Assembly (NCBI GenBank): GCA_963675755.2
Contig: CAXXMD010000003.1
Span: forward strand, 3,424,001-3,488,000
Length of the DNA: 64,000 bases
Source of the DNA: a bacterium
GTDB taxonomy: Bacteria > Zhuqueibacterota > Zhuqueibacteria > Residuimicrobiales > Krinioviventaceae
Direction: 5' to 3'
Made by a program: the position numbers and the translations under genes. The notes below the pieces were generated by a model. The model saw only the letters and a program-made list of their open reading frames with translations, was not told where the DNA came from and ran no database searches. Numbering within the stretch: position 1 is the stretch's first letter; every line of letters starts with the position of its first letter. Positions 51,306-60,836 of this stretch are shown here, in pieces.

Positions 51306-52394
51306 ATGAAAAAAACTTTGATTTGTTTGCTAGTTTTGGCATTTGCAGGATTTTTATCAGCGGCTAATAATGCTGCTGTCACTACAACTGGATCAAATAA
51401 TAATGCAACTATTGATCAGGTTGGAAGTAACGGTGCAACTGCCACCCAGACAGGTGATTATAATCTGGTTGATGTTGATCAAACAGGTGATAATACTGCA
51501 TCAATTTCACAAGCAAGTATTAATGGTGGAACTGCCGGAAAAGGCAATCAAGCTGGTGTTATGCAAAATGGTAGCGGTAATGAAACTTTGATAAATCAGG
51601 ATAGAAGTGGCGGTCAGCAAAGCAAAGTTTCCTTAGCAACCAGTGAACAAACAGGTGATAATAATTTAGCAACAATTAACCAAACTGGAAATTATCAAGG
51701 TTCAAACAAATCTTCAGTTACACAACATGGTATAACTGGTGGTTTGGGTAACACTGCAGAAGTGAATCAAATGGGTTATGGTAATACCTGGGATATTAAA
51801 CAAGCTGGTGACCAAAATTATGCTTTACAACAGGCTAATAGTGTTGTTCATAGTGGAACTACAAATAAAATTGAGCAAGATGGATTAAGTAATGAAGCAT
51901 ATCAGTATACCAGTGGAAGCGATGCTATGAAAGCAACAATAGCTCAGGTTACAGGTGTAAATGATAATTATGCTATTCAGACTCAGGCAGGGTTAAAAGC
52001 AGAAGCTGTTATTAACCAGTTTTCAAATTCAAATACAGCAATTCAGGAACAATATCATGGTTCATACAAACATGATGGTGTATATGCCCGTTCACATTTA
52101 GCAGTTATTACTCAAACTGGTGGTGAAAACAACTATGCAAAACAATATCAGGATGAAACTGTTGGTGATAGTTTTGCAAACAGCCGAAATGAATCAACTA
52201 TTTACCAGAATGGTGGAGACAATACTGCAACTGTATCGCAATATGATGGTTTGAGTGTGGGAAATGTTACACAAACTGGCAATTTAAATAATGCCACTAT
52301 TGAACAGAGCGGTTTAATTAATAATGCAGATATCACTCAAACCGGTAATGGTAATACTGCGACAGTTACTCAGGCTGATGGTGTTGTGATATAA
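51306..52394 (+). CDS. Curlin-repeat amyloid subunit 5
   Basis: Signal peptide; NNATIDQVGS...NTATVTQ repeats. Confidence 0.92.
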   Translation: MKKTLICLLVLAFAGFLSAANNAAVTTTGSNNNATIDQVGSNGATATQTGDYNLVDVDQTGDNTASISQASINGGTAGKGNQAGVMQNGSGNETLINQDRSGGQQSKVSLATSEQTGDNNLATINQTGNYQGSNKSSVTQHGITGGLGNTAEVNQMGYGNTWDIKQAGDQNYALQQANSVVHSGTTNKIEQDGLSNEAYQYTSGSDAMKATIAQVTGVNDNYAIQTQAGLKAEAVINQFSNSNTAIQEQYHGSYKHDGVYARSHLAVITQTGGENNYAKQYQDETVGDSFANSRNESTIYQNGGDNTATVSQYDGLSVGNVTQTGNLNNATIEQSGLINNADITQTGNGNTATVTQADGVVI

Positions 52395-52484
52395 TTTCTT
52401 GAGATTATTAATAATTTCTTTCTGATATTTGAAAAGAATTCAGATAAAGTGTTGAAAAATTAACCTTTAAAAAGGGGTAAGAGG

Positions 52485-53861
52485 ATGAAAAAAATTGCAG
52501 TTTTATTGATGGTATTAGCAATGACAAGTTTTGTTATTGCAGCAAACAATGCAAATGTTACGTCAGAAGGTGATGGAAACAATGCTTCAGTAACTCAGAC
52601 AGGTTCTAATGTTGCCACAGTTGATCAGGTTGGAAATAATAATGATGTTGAAAATCTGTGGCAAAATGGAAATAATAATTCAGCATCGGCAACTCAAACC
52701 GGAAATGAAAATACTGGCCATTTTCGTCAAGGTGGTGGCGGTGTTTATGCTACATGGGGTATTCCTGATGCATATGACGATAATACTTTAACCAGTAATC
52801 AAACAGGTAATCAGAATTATGCTAAAGCGTCAGAATTTGGTAATAGCAATGCAGTTTCAATACAACAGACTGGTGACAATAATATTTCTCATAACTGGTT
52901 GTGGGGTCACACAAATACTTCAACTATAACTCAGGGCCCCTTGGCTGGAAGTACTAACGGTAATAATAACTATTCAGAAGTTGCTATTAATGGTCATACA
53001 AGCGTGGCAACAGTTACCCAGGTTGGTAATGAGAATACTGGATTAATTGGCCAAGGTTGGGCTGGGCGAAATTGGAGTGATAATACTGCTACTATTTATC
53101 AAGAAGGAAACCGCAATAAAGTTTCAAATGAAGTATGGCCAATGTCTGAATTACCAGGATATACATCTGACTTGCAAGGTATGGGAATTCAGCAATATGG
53201 TGGTTCTTCTAATTATGGTTCTGCCTCCCAAGTTGGTGATGATAATGTTACCTGGATTTATCAATATGGAAACAGTAACACCGCAACAAATAATCAAACC
53301 GGAAATAATAACAATGCAACTGTAAACCAGAATGGAAATGGTGATCTTAGTACCATCAATCAAAGCACATGGGGTACTGGTCATTCTGCTGTTGTAAATC
53401 AAATAAATGGTGACGCTAATGTAAGTGATATTTTACAAGACCAGCGAGGAGCTTCCGTTACTGTAGATCAAAATGGAAACAGTAATACTAGTGGAATTAA
53501 ACAATCCGGTCCTAATACTGCAGATATTGATCAGGTAGGTAATAATAATGTTTTAGGTCAATATAGTAATCTTGCTTCAAAAGCATTTCAGAAAAATGGA
53601 ACTTCTTTTTCTGATGATATGAATACACTTATAGTAGACCAACTGGGTGATGGAAACAAAGCAGGCGTGTGGCAAGAACATCATGCTGATGCTTTAATTG
53701 AACAAGGTGGAAATGGAAATGATGCCCGTGTATGGCAATCTGGTGCTGCTGGTGGAGATTTTAACAATGCAACTATTACTCAAACAGGTGATTTGAATGT
53801 AGGAAATATTCATCAAATGGGTGATGGTAATACTGCAGCTATATCACAAAATAGTTTGTAA
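52485..53861 (+). CDS. Curlin-repeat amyloid subunit 6
   Basis: Signal peptide; NNASVTQTGSNVATVDQVGNNN repeats. Confidence 0.92.
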   Translation: MKKIAVLLMVLAMTSFVIAANNANVTSEGDGNNASVTQTGSNVATVDQVGNNNDVENLWQNGNNNSASATQTGNENTGHFRQGGGGVYATWGIPDAYDDNTLTSNQTGNQNYAKASEFGNSNAVSIQQTGDNNISHNWLWGHTNTSTITQGPLAGSTNGNNNYSEVAINGHTSVATVTQVGNENTGLIGQGWAGRNWSDNTATIYQEGNRNKVSNEVWPMSELPGYTSDLQGMGIQQYGGSSNYGSASQVGDDNVTWIYQYGNSNTATNNQTGNNNNATVNQNGNGDLSTINQSTWGTGHSAVVNQINGDANVSDILQDQRGASVTVDQNGNSNTSGIKQSGPNTADIDQVGNNNVLGQYSNLASKAFQKNGTSFSDDMNTLIVDQLGDGNKAGVWQEHHADALIEQGGNGNDARVWQSGAAGGDFNNATITQTGDLNVGNIHQMGDGNTAAISQNSL

Positions 53862-53928
53862 AATTTAATACCCGTGAGAATATTTTAATCTTACGGGTAT
53901 TAAATTGCTATTATTGAAGGGAATTATA

Positions 53929-54909
53929 ATGAAAAAAGGTCTTATTCAACTTGTGTTGTTGATAATGGTCGGTTTTTTATTCGCAGCAGGAAATTCAACA
54001 GATATTGATCAGACAAATAATTTTAATCAAGCAAATGTAACCCAAACCGGAAATGATAATGTAGCTGATGTAGATCAAATTAGCACTGCTACAAGCAGTA
54101 GTGAGAGTAACATTGCAGAAATAACTCAAGCCAGTAATAATAATGATTTTATTATTGACCAAACCGGCAAGTCTAATGTTGCAATTATGAGTAATGAGAT
54201 CAGAGATGGTGCAGTCTCCAAAGTCTATCAGAATGGTGTTGATAACCGAGCTGAAGCAGAACTGATATCAAGTGGTGTCCTGGCAGGTAAAAGTTTTACA
54301 TCATTTCAAGAACAGATTGGAAATCATAATGTGACTTCCAGAATTAAAATGGATGGAATTAACAGTAGTACATATAATTTTCAATTTGGTGACTATAACC
54401 ACTCACATACTTCAATTGCAGGTGACAATAACTGGACCTTGGTAACCCAAGGTGTAAATTCTGCTGCTGCAAATCACAATTATGTTTATAGTGAGACCGA
54501 TGGTGACAATAATGATGTGATTGTTGATCAGGTAGGTGATTATAACAATACTATTATTGTGCAGGAATACCAATCTAATACAAGTATTGTTGATCTGGAT
54601 CAAACAAATGGTTCGAATGCAACAATTAAGCAGAATTCTCTCAATATGGACAAGAATTATCAAAATGTTGTAAAATTGAACCAAACCAACAGTTCCTTTG
54701 CTACAATTAACCAAGGTGGTAGCAATGGCGGTGGTTATAATATTGTTAAAGGATTAGGCACTGCGGAATTTGGACAATCGTTGAATGGTAGTATCTTGGA
54801 CATTGATCAAATTGGTAATCATAATGTTGTAAGCTTGTACCAGGATGATGGTATTGCTACTGTTAGCCAAACTGGTAACAGTAATGATGTAATTATACAT
54901 CAATATTGA
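53929..54909 (+). CDS. Curlin-repeat amyloid subunit 7
   Basis: Probable ATG at 53929 (MKKGLIQ); NQANVTQTGNDNVADVDQ repeats. Confidence 0.9.
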   Translation: MKKGLIQLVLLIMVGFLFAAGNSTDIDQTNNFNQANVTQTGNDNVADVDQISTATSSSESNIAEITQASNNNDFIIDQTGKSNVAIMSNEIRDGAVSKVYQNGVDNRAEAELISSGVLAGKSFTSFQEQIGNHNVTSRIKMDGINSSTYNFQFGDYNHSHTSIAGDNNWTLVTQGVNSAAANHNYVYSETDGDNNDVIVDQVGDYNNTIIVQEYQSNTSIVDLDQTNGSNATIKQNSLNMDKNYQNVVKLNQTNSSFATINQGGSNGGGYNIVKGLGTAEFGQSLNGSILDIDQIGNHNVVSLYQDDGIATVSQTGNSNDVIIHQY

Positions 54910-54994
54910 TTGCAAATTATTAAGATTTCTTTTTTAAGATTGTTTGCCATATGAAAGTGGATTATTCATGGTGAGCAAAACCGTAAGGGTAAAA

Positions 54995-55918
54995 ATGAAA
55001 TTACTAAAATTTATAATTGTTCTAATTTTTACAGTAACGTTGCATCTTTATGCACAATATGATGTTAAAGTTGAACAGGATGGAAATAATAATGAGATTC
55101 TTGTTAATCAATCCGGATTGTTCAACAAGATCAATGTTTTACAACGAACTGACAATTCCCGTTCCGTAATAAACCAGGACGGAACGGGTAATGTCATTGC
55201 TCAAATCAATGAAAATTCTGATTCGGGTGCAATAACCAAACAAAAAGTCGTTCAAGATGGTGATTTCAATTATGCATCCCAGGTATCGTTAAAGGGAACA
55301 GGCTGGGGAGAACAGAGAATTCACCAAACTGGCAGTTATAATAATGCAACTCAGCTGCGTTTGGGCGATGTTTCTTCTGCTATTATTACTCAAGCTGGAA
55401 ATAATAACAATGCATCTGAAAACTTATGGATCCATGCTGAAAATGCAACTGCCAAAATAATTCAAGATGGCGATTATAATTATTCAAGAATTGATATTGA
55501 TGGATCTCAAGCTCTTGCAGATTATAATGCTGCATTAATTGAAACACATGGTAACAGCAATGGTTGTGAATGTTCTCCTGTGAGGATTAATCTTGTAGGT
55601 GATAATCATTCAGCCAAGATATTGCAAGGAACAAAAGGCGATATTGATAACAATAATGCTGTAATTAGATTGGTTGGAATTTATAGTAATGCCGATACAG
55701 GAAATAAAGCTACTATTTCTCAGGAATATGGTAATGGCAATGAAGCACAAATTACTTCAATTGGTATGCAAAATGGTAGTAATACAGAAAACGGATTGCT
55801 GATTCAACAACAAGGATCAAATAATTATGGCGATTTGCAGGTTTATGGTATGGGGTTGGGAGGTAGTATAATACAGATAGGTGATAATATGTCCGTACGA
55901 GTTATTCGTACAAATTAA
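54995..55918 (+). CDS. Curlin-repeat subunit 8, candidate CsgB-like nucleator
   Basis: Probable ATG at 54995; curlin repeats; basic atypical last repeat IIQIGDNMSVRVIRTN; internal CEC motif. Confidence 0.85.
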   Translation: MKLLKFIIVLIFTVTLHLYAQYDVKVEQDGNNNEILVNQSGLFNKINVLQRTDNSRSVINQDGTGNVIAQINENSDSGAITKQKVVQDGDFNYASQVSLKGTGWGEQRIHQTGSYNNATQLRLGDVSSAIITQAGNNNNASENLWIHAENATAKIIQDGDYNYSRIDIDGSQALADYNAALIETHGNSNGCECSPVRINLVGDNHSAKILQGTKGDIDNNNAVIRLVGIYSNADTGNKATISQEYGNGNEAQITSIGMQNGSNTENGLLIQQQGSNNYGDLQVYGMGLGGSIIQIGDNMSVRVIRTN

Positions 55919-56053
55919 AATAGAATAATTCCAGCATATTTCTCAATATTATTGCCTGATGGTTTAATTCATGTCATTCACACACTATTATCTTGCCAAA
56001 ATAAATGAGTATGACAGAGTTTATGAACAGGTTTTACTAACTCTAATGAATAG

Positions 56054-57145
56054 ATGAGAAATTCAATTGGTAAATACATATATTATTTCATGCTTTTATC
56101 TTTTCCCTTTTCTACAACAACTGCGCAGGAAATTTTAACTGTAATTCCCAATACAATACAATTGGATCTGGTACCCGGCTATTTAGAAGTGGTTGATATT
56201 AAAGTAATGAATACATTTGAAAATGATCTGCAAATTCAAGTTGAATATGATACGACATGGGTAGATATTTCTCCATTCGAATTCAGTCTTTTACCTGGAA
56301 ATATGACTCAATTGCTTGTCTTTTTTTTCATTCCAACAGGTCAAACACCGGTTTCGAATGGTTCAATTGTTTTTAAAAATAAAAACAATCACCAGATTTT
56401 AAATAAAATCGATCTAATTCTAGACTCAACATTAGCCAAATCTCCATATACTGATGAACGAGATACACAGTACACGAATAATGATAATTATATTGATCCG
56501 AAAATACTAGAGCTGCAACAACAAATACAAAAAGACCAACTGATGATCTCTGACCTTCAAAGTCAATTAAACAAAAAAGATTTAGAAATTGCCAAGCTAT
56601 TAGATGCAAATGGATCAAACTCGGATGAATTCGTACTTGCTCCTTTTCCCAAGATTGCTGAAAATCAATCATTGGGTTTTGATGCGCTCAATTCATTATA
56701 CAAAGTATTGCTTCGGGAAATGAATTCTGATCTAAAAAATAATAAAGCAGTACTTGACTTTTCCCAAAATAAAATATATTTTTCTATCTCAGGAGAGATC
56801 GCATTTATTTCTGGTGGAAAGTATTTGAGATTGGAAGGGGAAAGGGTGTTGAATCGATTTTCAAGCGTGTTGAAAAATTTTTCATATAAAGATTTCAAGA
56901 TTATGGTTGTTGGGCATACGGATTCGGTGCAATATAAAGATGGTATGCAGCAAGAAACTTTTGGTAATTGGGAACTATCTGCCCTTAGATCTGTCAAAGT
57001 TATCAAGCATTTACAAAAAATGGCTGATTATCCTGGTACCAATTTGCTTGCATCAAGCCAGGCATCATATTCACCTATTGCCCCCAATAATACAAAAACT
57101 GGAAGAGTCGCAAATCGAAGAATTGAAATTATTATTTCCTATTAA
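56054..57145 (+). CDS. Exported Ig-like + coiled-coil + MotB/OmpA-like peptidoglycan-binding protein
   Basis: Signal peptide; VVGHTDS, NWELSALRS, PIAPNNT..GRVANRRIEI. Confidence 0.88.
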   Translation: MRNSIGKYIYYFMLLSFPFSTTTAQEILTVIPNTIQLDLVPGYLEVVDIKVMNTFENDLQIQVEYDTTWVDISPFEFSLLPGNMTQLLVFFFIPTGQTPVSNGSIVFKNKNNHQILNKIDLILDSTLAKSPYTDERDTQYTNNDNYIDPKILELQQQIQKDQLMISDLQSQLNKKDLEIAKLLDANGSNSDEFVLAPFPKIAENQSLGFDALNSLYKVLLREMNSDLKNNKAVLDFSQNKIYFSISGEIAFISGGKYLRLEGERVLNRFSSVLKNFSYKDFKIMVVGHTDSVQYKDGMQQETFGNWELSALRSVKVIKHLQKMADYPGTNLLASSQASYSPIAPNNTKTGRVANRRIEIIISY

Positions 57146-57176
57146 ATATATTTTGACTGTCAAACTCTGCCATTAA

Positions 57177-58679
57177 ATGAGGTACGAAATGAAACTGAAT
57201 GCAATGAAATGGATAATGCCTGTTGTGATAGCTCTGCTGGTTTTGATTAGTTGTACAGAAGATCCAATTGAACCTGAAACTACCGGAAGTATTAGCGGTC
57301 AGGTAATACATTCTGAAACATTAGAACCAATTTCTGGTGCAAACATTACGACAACACCTGCTACTATAGCAGTCAATACAGACAATTCCGGTAACTATAT
57401 AATTGAAGGAGTTGAAGAAGGAACAGTTACTGTTAAAGCTACGAAAACCGGATTTAAATCTTCTTCAATTAGTATACTGGTTGAACCCAGTAAGAATACA
57501 ATAGCCAATATACAGATGTCTGAATCCACACAGACCAATGATGCCCCCAATTCCCCATATAGCCCTGTACCTGCAAATGGAGCAAGTGATCAGGCCGCAA
57601 GTATTACTTTGACGTGGCGTGCAAGTGATCCCAATTCTGGCGATACATTGTATTACGATGTATATCTGGGTAATTCAGGCCCCATGCATTTAATTTCAGA
57701 AAATCAATCAGATACCACCCTGGGATTAACAGCTTTGAGTTATGGACACACCTATCATTGGCAGATTGTAGCCAAAGATCAGGAAGGTTTGGAAACCAAC
57801 AGCCCGGCATGGAGTTTTACTACTGCTGATTTTCCCAGGTATCCCATTGTTTTTGCATCCAATGTAGATGGTAACTATAATATCTTTACCGGTTCTAGTG
57901 ATGGAGCTGATTCAATTCGACTGACTATTGATCCGGGCAGAGATTGGTATCCGCGTTTTAGCCCGAATCGTGAGAAAATAGCATTTACTTCGAATCGTAA
58001 TGTTGAATCGCAACTGTTTATTATGAATTATGATGGAAGCGATCTTGAGCAAATATCGAGTATACCTGTTGTAGGATATAATAATTATGGAACAGGATTT
58101 TGTTGGGACCCGACAGGGCATAAATTATTATATGCAAATTATGAAAAATTATACAGGATTGATTCGGATGGAGATCAGTTAACACAGATTGCTACAGCAC
58201 CCGAAAATCGTAATTTTTACGAAATAGATTGGTCACCTGTTGGTGGAAAAATAGCGGCAATTACTGTGGGAAGTAATGTTTATGATACTGAGTTATATAT
58301 AATGAATGAAAATGGATCCAATATGACCTTGTTGCTTGATAATGCATCCGGCCGTATAGGACATCCGTCTTTTTCACCCTCCGGTGAAGAAATTGCCTAT
58401 TACTATGATGTTTCGGGATACGAAGCCGGTACCAACCGGATGCTGGACGCCCGAATCCATATTATAGATGTTGCATTGACCGATACTACGGATATTTCTC
58501 ATGGTAAACCGATCGGTACCAATGATATTGACCCTGTATGGACACCAGACGGTGCGCATATTATTTTCACCAATGTGCCCAACGACAATTCCGGCAATCC
58601 CTCGGTATGGATCATGAATACCAACGGCGAATCACGCGAGAAATTATTTGATAACGCGCAAATGCCGGACTGGAGATAA
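57177..58679 (+). CDS. Lipoprotein: carboxypeptidase-like regulatory domain + FN3 + TolB/PD40 beta-propeller
   Basis: Lipobox LISC; TGSISGQV..EPISGANI; TYHWQIVAKD; PRFSPNREKIAFTS and PVWTPDG repeats. Confidence 0.9.
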   Translation: MRYEMKLNAMKWIMPVVIALLVLISCTEDPIEPETTGSISGQVIHSETLEPISGANITTTPATIAVNTDNSGNYIIEGVEEGTVTVKATKTGFKSSSISILVEPSKNTIANIQMSESTQTNDAPNSPYSPVPANGASDQAASITLTWRASDPNSGDTLYYDVYLGNSGPMHLISENQSDTTLGLTALSYGHTYHWQIVAKDQEGLETNSPAWSFTTADFPRYPIVFASNVDGNYNIFTGSSDGADSIRLTIDPGRDWYPRFSPNREKIAFTSNRNVESQLFIMNYDGSDLEQISSIPVVGYNNYGTGFCWDPTGHKLLYANYEKLYRIDSDGDQLTQIATAPENRNFYEIDWSPVGGKIAAITVGSNVYDTELYIMNENGSNMTLLLDNASGRIGHPSFSPSGEEIAYYYDVSGYEAGTNRMLDARIHIIDVALTDTTDISHGKPIGTNDIDPVWTPDGAHIIFTNVPNDNSGNPSVWIMNTNGESREKLFDNAQMPDWR

Positions 58680-58726
58680 GGGGCCGTATTATCAGCCATC
58701 TGGAAGATTTGATAGTTATTATCTTC

Positions 58727-58753
58727 AAAGCCCCTTAAACTGTAAGGGGCTTT
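58727..58753 (+). terminator. Terminator closing the curli operon
   Basis: AAAGCCCCTTA-aactg-TAAGGGGCTTT followed by GTGTTTT. Confidence 0.8.
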
Positions 58754-58855
58754 GTGTTTTAGCAATATAATCAATCCCGGAAATGTAAAAGAAATTCCTG
58801 TTGTGCTATTCCTGTTTATCTATTATCTTGTAATTCACACAACATTATATAAAGG

Positions 58856-59377
58856 GTGAATCGTATGGCAAAAAAAGGAAAATTCAATTTCAGAGTTGTG
58901 CATCGTTACCTGGGATTCTTTTTAATGGGCATCTGGATCGTCTACGCCATAAGCGGAACAGTCCTGATATTTCGGGATACCGATTCTTTCAAGCAGGAAA
59001 AAGTAGTCACCAAAGATGTCAAGCCCAACGCCACGGAAAATGAACTGGGGCAGTTGCTGGGAATCAGACAATTCAAGGTTGAGCGGGTAGACGGGGATAT
59101 TTTATATTTTAAGAACGGCAGCTATAACAAAGTCACGGGAAAAGCGGAATACACGGTTTTGCAGCTCCCCTATATGCTTGACAGAATGACCCGCTTCCAT
59201 AAAGCCAGGTCTGCGAGTCCGTTGTTCTTTATGAACATCTTGTTTGCCGCGTCACTGCTGTTTTTTGTGATATCGGCTTTACGCATGTTTCCGCCCAAAT
59301 CCAATGTTTTTAAAAAGGGCATGATCTTTACAATTTGCGGGATTGTGTTGATGCTGCTGCTGGTGTTTTGGGGATGA
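58856..59377 (+). CDS. PepSY-associated TM-helix-like membrane protein
   Basis: RVVHRYLGFFL...YAISG, FHKA, three TM segments. Confidence 0.75.
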   Translation: MNRMAKKGKFNFRVVHRYLGFFLMGIWIVYAISGTVLIFRDTDSFKQEKVVTKDVKPNATENELGQLLGIRQFKVERVDGDILYFKNGSYNKVTGKAEYTVLQLPYMLDRMTRFHKARSASPLFFMNILFAASLLFFVISALRMFPPKSNVFKKGMIFTICGIVLMLLLVFWG

Positions 59378-59927
59378 TGGCATATATAATAAGAACTCTC
59401 AATATGACTTGCATTCCCGGAAGGATTCGAACCTTTAGCCAACGGAATGAAAGATTTTGGAATGATCTGCAAGCTGCGACAAGGTAATGATTGTATTGAG
59501 ATTGTAATTCTTGAAATCATTTATTTTGGGCTATACATTAAAGCATGCCGGATACTTGCAGCATTTACAATTTCTTCCCATTATGGCTTAATGTAGAGAA
59601 TTATAATAAAGCACGTTAGTGTAACAATATTATTACAATCGCAGAACCGGGGGGTGCTTCTGCAAGTTGCAATGCTGCTCGTTGGTTGATTATCGAACTT
59701 GATGTTTTAAATAAAGGTTAAGATCAGATAGTCAAATAGTAAATAACGTTAATTTCCCTCAGAATAATTCATTTTGAATGTATCCATGAACAAATTTGTT
59801 ATTATTAGTGAATAAATTTTTATAACTTGCAAAGTATGGAAAAGAAACTGGATCATTTCCGGAAATTTATTCCGTAAGATTATACCCCATGTGATAGTAT
59901 AGTTTGGCAACTTGAAGGAAAGATGTA

Positions 59928-60581
59928 TTGGATATACAAATATTATTAATCGAAGATAATGATTTTTTGCGAGAAGGAATTACCGCTATGCTTACCGATC
60001 GCAGTAATTTCAAAGTTGTCGCACGAGCTAAAGATGATGATGCCTTGGATCAACTTAAAAAATTGAAAAGCCCTCCCAATATTGTCCTGCTAGACCTGGG
60101 ACTGGAAAAAGTCAATAGTCTTAAGCTAATGGCCCTTTTGAGAAAAGAATTGCCTCATGTAAAGATCATTGCCATGGACATTCTACCCAACCAGGCTAAT
60201 ATTTTAGAATTTGTAAATGCCGGGGGCTCCGGGTTTATTCTTAAAAATGCTCCGTGGAATGACTGGATTGATACAATAAAGGCTGTAGCATCAGGAGAAA
60301 AGGTCTTACCCCCGGTTTTGACGCAATCGCTCTTTACCGAAATTGTCGAGTTAACACTTGAAAACGGTAAAACTATTCCGCCTGGTTCGACCCAATTTAC
60401 AAGCCGCGAACGTGAAGTTGTTGAACTGATTGCACAAGGTATGGGTAACAAGGAAATTGCTGAAACACTTCATATCTCTACTTTTACCGTTAAAAGTCAT
60501 GTTCATAATGTTCTGGAAAAGCTGGAACTCAGCACCCGTTTACAAATTGCTGCATATGTCCGCAACGAAGGTAACCAATGA
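59928..60581 (+). CDS. NarL/LuxR-family response regulator
   Basis: LLIEDN, VLLDL, GFILK; TSREREV..GMGNKEIA..LHIS..TVKSHV. Confidence 0.95.
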   Translation: MDIQILLIEDNDFLREGITAMLTDRSNFKVVARAKDDDALDQLKKLKSPPNIVLLDLGLEKVNSLKLMALLRKELPHVKIIAMDILPNQANILEFVNAGGSGFILKNAPWNDWIDTIKAVASGEKVLPPVLTQSLFTEIVELTLENGKTIPPGSTQFTSREREVVELIAQGMGNKEIAETLHISTFTVKSHVHNVLEKLELSTRLQIAAYVRNEGNQ

Positions 60582-60836
60582 TCAGGACTACTTTTTGATT
60601 GTTTATGCTGATCAATAATCCCCGTAAATAATATTTACTTCTCCCCAAAACATTGTTCAAATTCATGTTAGTTCAAAAATTCCTTAGAACTTGGTTTCTA
60701 ATTCCAAAGGATTAGTTCTTTTTTCATTCTTTTGGGTGATTGATTGTTTAGGGAATTATGCTTAACTACTATTAATGATTTATTTATAATAATAGATTAT
60801 GTTTTTATGACCGGATCTTTATAAAGAGGTAATACA

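Noticed and set aside
44922-55918. Ice-nucleation, RTX or autotransporter repeats, or a collapsed assembly repeat
   Set aside because: The repeat pattern and csgEFG context match curlin, and the genes are strongly divergent at DNA level
56054-57145. Flagellar stator MotB
   Set aside because: No motA, no N-terminal TM helix with the conserved Asp, and no flagellar genes nearby
59928-60581. LuxR regulator as a CsgD orthologue
   Set aside because: It is an ordinary NarL-type protein beyond the curli terminator and an unrelated gene, with no specific CsgD features; a regulatory link cannot be excluded
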